This document shows, in pieces, positions 53,960 through 64,000 of a stretch of DNA of 64,000 nt (position 1 is the first letter of the stretch; each line of letters begins with the position of its first letter). A program made the translations under genes and the position numbers. The notes under the pieces were generated by a model that saw only the letters and a list, made by a program, of their open reading frames with translations, had not been told where the DNA came from and made no database searches. The DNA is from Octopus vulgaris (Eukaryota). The DNA is taken from the NCBI GenBank assembly GCA_951406725.2, contig OX597815.1, positions 39,556,001 to 39,620,000 on the forward strand, read 5' to 3'.

Positions 53960-55810
53960 AATCTGTTTTTAAAAAAAGTAATGTAGTTTCTCATCAAGTT
54001 TTTACGCTATACTGAGATCACACAGTTTGTGATGTATCATGTCATAATTGACTTTACAAAATCAAGGTTATCACAAGATATATTGGAGTGATTGAGTAAC
54101 TGTTTTATCACCCAGTCATAGTGCTGTAGGAGCTGTGTAAGGTAGCTTCTTCCAGATTGAAAACTATATTGGGTGTTAACAAGTCATTTTCTTAAAGGAA
54201 TGATATTAGTCTTCTGACAATTCATTATGTGACCTTACTGATACATAAGGTCTGAGAGAAAGAGATGTGCCTACTATTTTTAGCATCTGCTCTGCTGAAC
54301 CTTTATGAATGGGGTATATTATGCCTTCCTTTAATGCTTGCTTGGATGCTTGTCACTTGCAAGAAAGCTCTGAAGAAAGTCTACAGTAGCTTTGCTATGG
54401 CTCTTTTACATGTTTTTAGATGGATTACTGGCAATGGTGATGTTGATTATCAAGACCAGTATTTGTGTTCATTGGTAAATTTCATCTATAGCCATTATTA
54501 TCACATTTTCTCTTAAATCGATGTAACTGATCATTGCTGCCTGCCAATCAGGTGTATATTCTGTATATTCTGGGTGTACTAGGTATGCACTGAACACCCA
54601 TCAAAAATAGAAAATTCATTATGAATATTAACCTTACTCATTAATTGAATCACAAATCTTAATGGAAAACTTTTGTTACACCCCTGCTTGTAATTTGGTG
54701 GCATTGGGTGTGGCAGAACACCCAACACAAACAACCACCATATGCCACTGCTCCCTATGTGCAGCTACAATGGCAAAGGACTTATTTGGTCTGCTCACTT
54801 GCATATGTCCCAGAGGGAAGGTGAAAATACAGGGTTATTCAAAAAGAATAAACTGATTTCATTTTGCAATATTTTAATAAGAAAAAGCAATAGAAAACTC
54901 TAGCAAAGTCACAAGTATTTACTCACAATCAACTTTTATTTTCTGTCTTACATTTGTTCAATGTGGCCACCACATTGAACACATGCATCAGTATATCACG
55001 ATCCACTGAGTACTTCTTTGGCTGTCTGGTTGAATGCTTTATCGAAGTTTTTCCATTTCCCTTCTATGTCAATATCTTCTGAAATCACCTCAAGTAAAGC
55101 AAATTTATTCTTTAGTTTCATAATGAACTTGCTTTTGATATGCTGATACACGTCTGGGAGGAATTCTCTTATCACATTGATGTTGCCGTGCTGCAGTTGG
55201 TGGCCACATTGAACTCTTGTAAGACAGGAAATAAAAGTTGATTTTGAGTAAATACTTGTGACTTAGCTGGAGTTTTCTATTGCTTTTTCTTATTAAAATA
55301 TTCCATAATGAAACCGGTTCATTCTTTTGAATAACCCTGTACTTTAGAATTGCTCATTCAATATAGTGCTTTTGAAGATTTGCTGTTAGGGAGTTATTTT
55401 CTTGGCAAAGTGGTCCTTCTTCATTCTTTATCTCATAAGAACTTTTCTTTCCCTGAGAGATTTGTGTGCAGGCTGGCTTTTCTTTCAGTGGCACAAATTT
55501 TATGCAAATGGCTAACATTACTGACATCAATAATTTAGGTTTTATGTTAATGTCAGGTGTAGAGAGCGAGACATTTATGCCAAGTGTGTTCAAAGATCTC
55601 TTTCTGTATAAGTTTCCACTTTGCTTTGTCGAAGTTCAGATTGGAGAGTGAGGGTGCTTATTATGTATGGGTTGCATATCTGCAGCCTCCTTTGACAACC
55701 CTGCTATACTATGATCTGAAACTAATGTTGATGGCACTTTCACATTATGGATGAATTCCATATAATTTGTAAAGCAAAGACCCAATTTTTGACCTAGCTT
55801 TCATTAGTCA
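53960..55810 (-). mobile_element. Decayed CR1/L2-group LINE (endonuclease end, linker, RT start), interrupted
   Basis: LCFTN..IHNVKV...VSDHS near 55790-55710; LKEGIIYPIHKG, TQYSFQSGRSYLTQLLQHYD and LDFVK near 54330-54050. Confidence 0.78.
54830..55339. mobile_element. Mariner-derived MITE with inverted repeats longer than 120 bp
   Basis: TA|cagggttattcaaaa ... ttttgaataaccctg|TA; arms stay complementary through the GGHIE codons. Confidence 0.88.
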
Positions 55811-55811
55811 T

Positions 55812-56540
55812 TACATGCCTGTACCAAGACAATCATCTCTTTTACACATTTCATGTGATTCCTCTTATAACCAATTTTCTTTCAGCTCATCTGAGCTATA
55901 TTGTTCATATAAACTGCAATTAAACATCCAGTGGGACATACTTGCTCCATTTCTTTCCAGCTTTCATATATTCCCTGCATTCAACACTCCTGTCTCACTA
56001 GTATATAGCATCAATGTTCATCCACAAAACATTGTAATTGCCCAGAAGAGATAATTAACAAGGAGAAAAGTTTCCTGGACTTTTTCATTCTTTTCCTGTT
56101 TTGCATGATCTCAGAATAATCTCTTCCACTAGGAACCTAGATAACAGAAGCTATCAACAGTTTATATAGAGATTTCCAAACATTGAAGGAATTTAATTTA
56201 CTGCAGCTCTTACTGCTGACTACTCCTGTATACCTACCACAGATACTTTATTCACTGTCGTCTTTCATTGCCTTTGATCCTACTGCACCACTTTTACACC
56301 CATATATTGATTACACTGATAACATCATTAGGAATTTCTACCACTCCATTCTGCATATCAAATACTACTGTTTCTACATTGGCTGCAGTATTCCATTTTT
56401 TCTACTTCTTGAATTTTATTCTTTGCTGAGAAGTTGCATTTTATTTCTTAAAGAAGATATTTCAAGTCTTGAATTTCTTCTCTAAGTTTTTCACAATCTC
56501 TTATAAATCCTGGATCATCAGCATATAGAATTTCCTCTGT
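55812..56540 (-). mobile_element. Decayed RTE-like LINE fragments
   Basis: ILYADD near 56530; VDSFCYLGS; LLYTSET..KLERNGASMSHWM..LSWYRHV. Confidence 0.7.
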
Positions 56541-58014
56541 GTGCATATGAGAAAGAGAGACAGACAGACAGACAGACTCATTGTTTTCAGACTATATAAT
56601 AGTTTTCATACAAGTCACTTGTTTCCAATCTTCAGTGAAAACACATTCAGGTTTTGCACTGCTCATGTTCAAAGGATGAGTGGAAATATTACCTTGCTTG
56701 GAAATAGCTGAAGATTAGAAACAGGAAGGCATCTGGCACAGAAAATCCATCTTAACAAAGTTCATCTAACCCATGCAAGTGGATGTTAAGATGAGAATGA
56801 GGATGATGATGATGGATAGATGGATATTAAATCAAAGCATCAAAAATTATTTTGTATCAAGCAGTATTTGTTCAAATCCTGCTTAGTTCAACTTCCAAAC
56901 TTTTGAATAGGTTAATTGGTAGTAGATTGCTAGTGTTATATATAAAAATTATAATTTTTTGTTTTATTCTTTCTATCAAAGTTGTTGCAATATCTTAAGT
57001 ATATCTTACTGTACTGAAAATTAGCTTTTGTTTTCAACTTAACAAACATATCACTTCCATTCTTAAGTAGAAATTCAATTTCATTCGGTGAACTCTAGTT
57101 TCTGTGTCAACAAAGACCTCACCATATCAATGTAGAAGTTCATGATATTCTCTTTACTTTACATCCACAAGCTACAAACACTTATAAATAACCTCTCTTC
57201 AAATATACAGTCATGTATTAAGTTTACTCACCTCCTAATTGCTTGAAATGCAAATTATATAGAATACTTTTAAAAAGTGCTTATGCCTTAACTATTATTT
57301 CTCTCAATATTGACTTTTACTGTATTTATAAATAATCCCTTTCTAACTTATAACATGAAAGAGATAAAAAGCAGCATTTAGATGTCGGTTACATTTTGGA
57401 AAAGGCCTTCTCCACTCTCTTTAACTTGATGAATTTTCCTCTATATCTCTAGTCTTTGTTGGAAACCTCATGTGCTGGAAGATATTTAACTATTTATTCG
57501 AGTCTCACTATTTCACTTGTTACCAACTGCTTACTTTTAACTGTTAACATGATATTAAAAAGCTGATCAACTATGGAATCCTACTTACATAACTAGAATG
57601 GAGAAAAATTAGTCATTTTTGGGACATTCCTAGAATTTAGTTTAACACAAAAAAAGTTATATATATTTCACAGCGACTATCCATTGTTACCATGACACCG
57701 CATTTAAAATAACTGCGTTGTAACCAGATGGCAGTAGTATTACTCTGACAACATTGCTACTGTGACCAAATAACTCTAGTTTTGAACCTTCTTTGCTTAC
57801 ATGACAAGCTACATATTTTCAAACCTATCTTGCTTATGTCTATATCCCAGTATTGAAATATATAAACACCACAATACTTATTAAAAACTCTCACCACTCT
57901 ATTTTCTACAAGTTTCCTCTGTTAACTGAAAGTTTTATTGCTCTATTAGGAATTTTTGGAATATTCACTTTTATCTTTTTCATGTATACTCTTTTATTCT
58001 TTCATCTCTTCTAG

Positions 58015-58086
58015 GCCATGGGCTGTGGCTATGATGGAGTTCCATTGGTAAAAATTATCACTTGTATTTTGTTACACGCAAATGGT
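58015..58086 (+). other. Candidate start-codon exon (MGCGYDGVPLVKIITCILLHANG)
   Basis: Long pyrimidine tract plus TAG acceptor, gccATGG context at 58018, phase-0 donor GTATGT at 58087 (alternative donor GTAAAA at 58048); repeat-poor upstream flank. Confidence 0.35.
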
Positions 58087-58450
58087 GTATGTACATATTA
58101 TTTTGAAGAAAATTTATATAAAAAATAAAATTAATTAGCAATTAATGTTATATATTATAATGTTGGTTAACTGTTGCTGTTGAGTCCCAAGCTATCCTTG
58201 ATTCAATAGACTTATAATCACAGATGCTCCAACCATGACCAACCTGTATGTTTTGTATATCCAGACCGACATTATTCAATGTTTCATTTCTCTTTTAAAA
58301 CATTAATTTTTCTTATTAGATTTGGCTTCTATTTCTAGCAGATTGAGGTAATTGTGGGAAGATGAAGTGCAGAGAGGTTAAGTCTATTCACTTAAGTCTA
58401 TTACTGAATTTGTAAAATTTTTAAAGATTGAGTATATTTCGCAACACAGA

Positions 58451-58670
58451 AGGCAGCGAGCTGGCAGAATAATTAGCACGCCAGGCAAAATGCTTAACGG
58501 TGTTTCATCTGACTTTATATTTTGAGTTCATATGTCACTGGGGTTGACTTTGCCTTTCATCATTTTGAGGGCAATAAAATAAGTATCAATCGAACACTGG
58601 AGCCCATGTAATCAACTTATCCCCTTCCCTGAACTTGTTGGCCTTGTGCCAACATTTAAAACCAATATTT
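58451..58670 (+). mobile_element. SINE family A
   Basis: Head plus core; near-TSD atatttc(g/t)caacaca on both sides. Confidence 0.8.
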
Positions 58671-59407
58671 CTCAACACACAGATACGCCCTTCCCCAGGA
58701 CCTTATGCACTTGCAATTCACCTCTTCCTCTGCTCAAAGGTTTCCCTATCTCTAGTGCATTGTTTACTCTTTGGCTCAGTTTCATTTCTTAGATGATATC
58801 AACATGTCACATAATCTTTTTAATATTGTTTTTATCAACATTTAAAAGTTATTATGAAAGAAATAATTAATAATGGATGTTCTGTGTCAGTGTCATAGCA
58901 TTTAAAATAAGGATAGAAAGTAAGTTGTCAATTATTAATAAATGGAGACTTATTTCTTCCAGAGTAAGACTACCAAAACTAAAAAGAGAAATATAGAAAC
59001 ACATTATTGTCTCATCTGCTTAATATGATGATTATGGTCATTCTCATAATTTCTGTTAACAACTGAAGGAAATTGCTAGCTTGTTAAGATTTTGCGATTG
59101 CAATAGAAAGATTACTAGCAAGAGGATACCAACCATCATCACTTTTTATATCAGTAGAGTGATAACTAATGGATCTGTCTATCTCTAAGATGTGAAAGAG
59201 GGTTCATAAGAATACCAATATATGCAATTGATTACCAATAAATGCAAGAGGGATGGAATATTTAACCCTTTAATGTTCAAATCTTATTTACTCATATTGT
59301 TTTGAATTAATCCTGTATTGTCTTATACATGTTATTTGTGTGTGTGTGTTTGTGTGCATTTGATTTGAAGGAGATTAGGCTAATAATTCTTCTGCATCTA
59401 GCAACCA

Positions 59408-60223
59408 TCTCTCTATATATAAACGGCAGTTTGTCTGTCTGTGTGTCTGTGAGGTTGTACCCTCACCCTGATCACGGCTTTCAACCGATTCTGAAGAAAC
59501 TTGACACACATAGCCCAATGTCATAATTCAAAACTAACGCAGCAAAAATTTTGAAAAGTTCCCCCAGTTGTGAAAAAAATCGATAAATTCGACATGGGGT
59601 CAAGAATCTAAGCTTTTTATATGCAACACATTTTCTGTTGTAGTTTTCGCAACTTGCAATCGATTTTCACCAAACTCATGGTGAAGCTTAATGTTACCCT
59701 AAGAAACTTAATTCTGACGTTAGTTTTCCATGCAATACCTTACCATCAGAAAAAATCGATAAAATCATGCCATTTTGGGAAATCGCGTTCAAATTCAAGA
59801 TGACATATTTTCGACAATATCTTTCACAAATTGGCAGGAATTTTTTTTTAAATTCACAGCTAGCATCATGTCTGCTCCAAGGAGCTATATGGCCCTTTTT
59901 ATTCCAATAGGATACTTTATTACTGGAATTAAATCATATGTGGCACACATAGCAAACCGATTTGTGTATTAAACACAAACCACAGACTGTCTAGGGGACG
60001 CAACTCGACCTTTTTAACTCTCATGGGAGGCGCAATGATGTTTTCATGTTTTCGCCCAAAGGGACAGCTAGGAACATCGTATACACAGAAGTATTCGAGT
60101 GAAGAGAAGACATTGCAACTTACACATGCGCCTTCGTTCCCTAGAGGGAAAGGACTGGATTGGGATTAGTCGTTGCCTACTAGGGGCTCTTACATACCCA
60201 GGCAACGCCGGGCTATGCTGCAA
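59408..60223 (+). mobile_element. Non-autonomous Helitron
   Basis: A|TCTCTCTATATATAAACGGCA 5' end shared with the 15845 element, (GTCT)n, 3' hairpin cccaggcaacgccggg then CAAG|T (degenerate CTAG). Confidence 0.8.
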
Positions 60224-60326
60224 GTTGGCTCTAAATATATTTTCACTCTGCCTACAAAGGAAATGTCATTTTCATGACAAAGCAAATAAAATCAACACAA
60301 AACAAAACAAAAAAATACACAAACAC

Positions 60327-60392
60327 ATGAAAAAAATTTCAGCTATAAGTTTTATTTCTATTTTAATAATGCATTTTCTTACCCTTATGAAG
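60327..60392 (+). other. Candidate signal-peptide exon (MKKISAISFISILIMHFLTLMK)
   Basis: ATG at 60327 after an A-rich leader; basic N-region plus hydrophobic core; consensus phase-0 donor AAG|GTAAGA at 60393. Confidence 0.35.
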
Positions 60393-61131
60393 GTAAGAAT
60401 TAATATTGAAGAAATTTGTTAATTATTTATATGTATGTAGTTCGTATTTTAGAAAGAAAGAAAAAAGAACATTTGTAAATTCTATATGCGTTCCAAACCC
60501 CAAATTACTCAAGAATATCAAAATCATAGAAAACTAAATGGAGAATTCTCTTGGAGTATTCTTGTTTTCATACATGTATTCTTCGTTGTTTGAGTATTGA
60601 AATTAGGTCAAATCTACTTTTAGTTTTTCATGCTGTTTACTAATCTCTTTATCACATTGTTTGCATGTAGAAACAGTCAACTTTTCAAACAAGGAAAGAA
60701 ACAGGTCATACTTTCTCAAAACAATCATGTTACACTAGTGACAGAATTCTTCAGCTTTTTGCCGAGTTTCTAATAGGAAAGATTTGTGTTTATGACTGTC
60801 ATTAGAATGATGTTGATGATGATGTTGATTATGTTGATGATGGTAATTATGTTCTTCATGGTGATGATGATAATGATGACAATTTCTGTTTAAGACAAGG
60901 GCAATCAATAACTAATAATGTGGGTGCCAGTATATATGATATACCAAGCCAAGAAGTTAATGTCACACCCTTAATGATAATAATTTTCTATATGACTAAT
61001 TCTGGTTTAAAAAAGCAGGAGAAGACAACCCTTTAAGATATGTGTGTGTGTGTGCATGGGTGTGTGTAAATTATGTATTGGAATATAAATATATCTATAT
61101 ATATATGTGTGTGTGTATGTATGTATGTGTG

Positions 61132-61180
<49 letters not shown>

Positions 61181-61250
61181 GTGCATGTATAATTTTAAAT
61201 ATGTATATAAGCATATATATATATATACACATACATATATGCATGTATAT

Positions 61251-61460
61251 AGGCGGTGAGCAGGCGAAATGCGTAGCCGTATTTCATCTGTCGTTACGTT
61301 CCGAGTTCAAATTCCGCCAAGGTCGACTTTGCCTTTCATCCTTTCGGGGTCAATAAATTAAGTACCAGTTACGCACTGGGGTCGATGTAATTGACTTAAT
61401 CCGTTTGTCGGTCCTTGTTTGTCCCCTCTGTGTTTAGCTCCTTGTGGGTTGTAAAGAAAT
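61251..61460 (+). mobile_element. SINE family A with 15-bp TSD
   Basis: atatatgcatgtata on both sides. Confidence 0.88.
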
Positions 61461-61494
61461 ATATATGCATGTATAATTTTAAATATGTATATTA

Positions 61495-61551
<57 letters not shown>

Positions 61552-61557
<6 letters not shown>

Positions 61558-62753
61558 GCATAAGGTATTTGAGGACAGATTTATGTTTATAAAAAACATA
61601 TATAATAACAGATAATAAATTTATTTATCAAAAAATGCTATGAGGATAAAAATAAACCTTTTCTATAATGTTATTCAATAAAGCCACCTTCAGCTTCAAC
61701 TACTGCTTCTATATGAGAACTAAATCATCTACATGCTTGAATCAAATTGTCCTGGTTCATTCTGGACATTACTCTGACTATGACAGCTTTCAAAAAATTT
61801 TTGCTGTTATGGGCATGTCCATTCACCTCTCTCTCAACAATGCTCCACATATAATAGACCAGTGGATTGAGATCTGGGGAACTAGGAGGCCAAATGTTAG
61901 GGGTTATGTGATCATGACAATTTTCAGGCATCCATCCATGTGTCACTAGAGCCATGTGCGATAGTGCAGAGTCTTACCGAAACACATATGGCCTCCCATT
62001 GCATACACTGTCTATCCAGGACTTAATAATTATTTCTAGGACCTCAACGTAAGCAGCAGAGTTGCTTCATTGCTGACAACCCCTAAAATCATGACAGTTG
62101 CAGGAAATTTTGTATGCATAACACTTGGAACTTCAGAAGGGTCTGCACATAACCATCTGTCATTTCTTCTGTTAATATTTTGATCTTGGTCAAAGTTTTC
62201 CCGTTTGAGAAAAACCAAATCAAATCTTTTTCTGCTGGAATTTTCAGTTTGTTTAAAAGCCTTTTAAATTTGATGTAGGGATTTTCTTTTGCTTTTTCTG
62301 ACAAATTGACCTTTCTTCATCATATAAGACTTATAGCTGATGTCTTCAAGGACAATGTTTCTGACTGTTCCTTCTGACACATGGAGATCTTTTGCAATGG
62401 ACCTCATGGACTTTCTAGGATTGTAATCAATGATCTGTTGAACTTGTTGGATAACTTCAGGTGTTCTGAGAGCGTTTAGAATGCTTTTTATGCTTTGATA
62501 ATGGTGATTTGTTTCCATCTTCAGTCTATAGCTCCTTATAAACTTTTTAGGCAAAAGATCTGGCAACTTTTAAAAATCGAATACATCTAAATCGCTATGC
62601 TCAGCTTTTATAACCACTGTAACAGCATGCGTCTTCATTTCTTGAGTAAGCTGAGGGTCCACCATTATTATTTTCTGAAACAAATATTATAGAGTCGGCA
62701 AAAAGCAGCAATGACCCCAAAAAGTTATGTCTTCAAATATCTTACACACCCTG
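61552..62753 (-). mobile_element. Near full-length decayed Tc1/mariner (maT/DD37D-like) transposon
   Basis: TIRs gggtgcataaggtatttgaggaca / tgtcttcaaatatcttacacaccctg|TA; RTPEVIQQV..NPRKSMRSIAKDLHVSEGTVR (HTH); NRRNDRWL..HTKFPATVMILGVVS; WPPSSPDLNPLVYY; frameshifts. Confidence 0.92.
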
Positions 62754-62778
62754 TATACACACAAACACAAACACACAC

Positions 62779-62860
<82 letters not shown>

Positions 62861-62899
62861 GTACACATATATGCATATGTACATATAATAATATAAATA

Positions 62900-62936
<37 letters not shown>

Positions 62937-62937
<1 letters not shown>

Positions 62938-63360
62938 CATCGTTTAATGTCCGCTTTCCATGCTGGCATGGGTTGTACAGTTTGACTGAGGACTGGCAAG
63001 CCGGATGGATGCACCAAGTTCCAATCTGATCTGGCAGAGTTAATACAGCTGGATGCCTTTCCTTACGCCAACCAATCTGAGAGTATAGTGGGTGCTTTTA
63101 CGTGCCACCAGTATGAGGGCCAGTCAGGCGGTACTGGCAACAGCTATGCTCAAAAGGTGTTTTTTAAGTGCCACCTGCACATGAGCCAGTACAACAGCAC
63201 TGGCAATGACCTTGCTCAAATGTTGTTTTTCACGTGCCACCAGTACAAGTGCCAGTAAGGCAACGCTGGTAACGATCACGCTCAAATGGTGCTTTTTATT
63301 TGCCACTGGCACGGTAGCCAGTGAGCAGCCCTGGCAACAATCATGCTCGGATGGTGCTGT
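62937..63360 (-). mobile_element. Retroposon family E with four internal 66-bp tandem units
   Basis: Units begin (g)tgccac at about 63102, 63168, 63234 and 63300. Confidence 0.8.
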
Positions 63361-63384
63361 GTGTATGTATATATATATATATAT

Positions 63385-63974
63385 GGGAACAGGATGTTAC
63401 CAATTATAAACAACATGAAATACGAAAACAAGCAAGTTAAATATGCAAACAACAAGAGAAAAATAATGAAAACAGGACAAGTAACACAAAGAACAATATT
63501 TCATCAATTGTTGGCTGTCTATCTACTCCTCACTTCGAGCATTTAACCAACTGTCTTTTCCTAAACAACTTTCTAAGGACTGGACATCTTCTACCTCTCT
63601 CTTCTATCTTCTCCCTTTTCAAAGAAAATATTTCTTCCAGCATTCAATATTTACCCTCGTTCTGGTCTAACAACCTTCCATGTTTGCTTTTGTTTGGTTT
63701 CCTTGTATGTCTCCACTGTCCTGTTTTTGTTCCCAACTTTGACCCTACATAAAATCCAAAATTTATTTTGGAAGTTTTAGGATCAACTGCCTTCGAAGAC
63801 TCATATTGTCGTTGAATGATCGAAATGATGAGTAGATAGACAGCCGACAACTGGTGAAGGGTCGTTCTTTCTGTTACTTGTCCTGTTTTCAATTTTTTTC
63901 TCTCATTGTTTGCATATTTAACTTGCTTGTTTTTGTACTTTATGTTGTTTACACTTGGTGATATCCTGTACCCA
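63385..63974. repeat. Inverted pair of about 160-bp repeats around a spacer of about 270 bp
   Basis: 63385-63545 is the diverged reverse complement of 63814-63974 (both give MKTGQVT.RT..HQL.AVYLL). Confidence 0.88.
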
Positions 63975-64000
63975 TCTGTGATACCAGTGCCGGGGGCACG

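Noticed and set aside
57677-57735. RFX X-box-like gttaccatgacac and a cagatgg E-box
   Set aside because: Short degenerate motifs expected by chance in 64 kb
63100-63360. Regularly spaced repeats resembling a CRISPR array
   Set aside because: Whole 66-bp units are homologous (no unique spacers), the context is eukaryotic, and there are no cas genes

Overview
AT-rich, repeat-saturated animal nuclear DNA, most likely an octopus (coleoid cephalopod). This is inferred from the very high (TA)n/(CA)n/(TATG)n microsatellite load and several tRNA-derived SINE families that resemble described Octopus SINEs. I found no intact protein-coding gene, true tRNA/rRNA gene or CRISPR array, and nearly all listed ORFs are microsatellite or SINE artefacts. 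Recognisable content: decayed non-LTR retrotransposons (L1/Tx1, RTE, CR1-like, an R4/Dong-like RLE element, Penelope), decayed pogo and mariner/maT transposases, a hAT MITE, a mariner-derived MITE, two Helitrons, one Helentron-type element and dozens of SINEs, often nested and some with target-site duplications (TSDs). Best leads: (1) hammerhead-ribozyme cores in Penelope-like remnants; (2) a MITE built from two inverted mariner 3' ends around an RTE-like coding fragment; (3) a dimeric SINE that moved as one unit; (4) head/tail swapping among SINEs; (5) a possible + strand gene with a non-coding first exon near 5.2 kb and two phase-0 signal-peptide-like exons at about 58.0 and 60.3 kb. I saw no clearly novel protein-based system. 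Family names come from motif recognition, not database searches, and boundaries of decayed elements are approximate.
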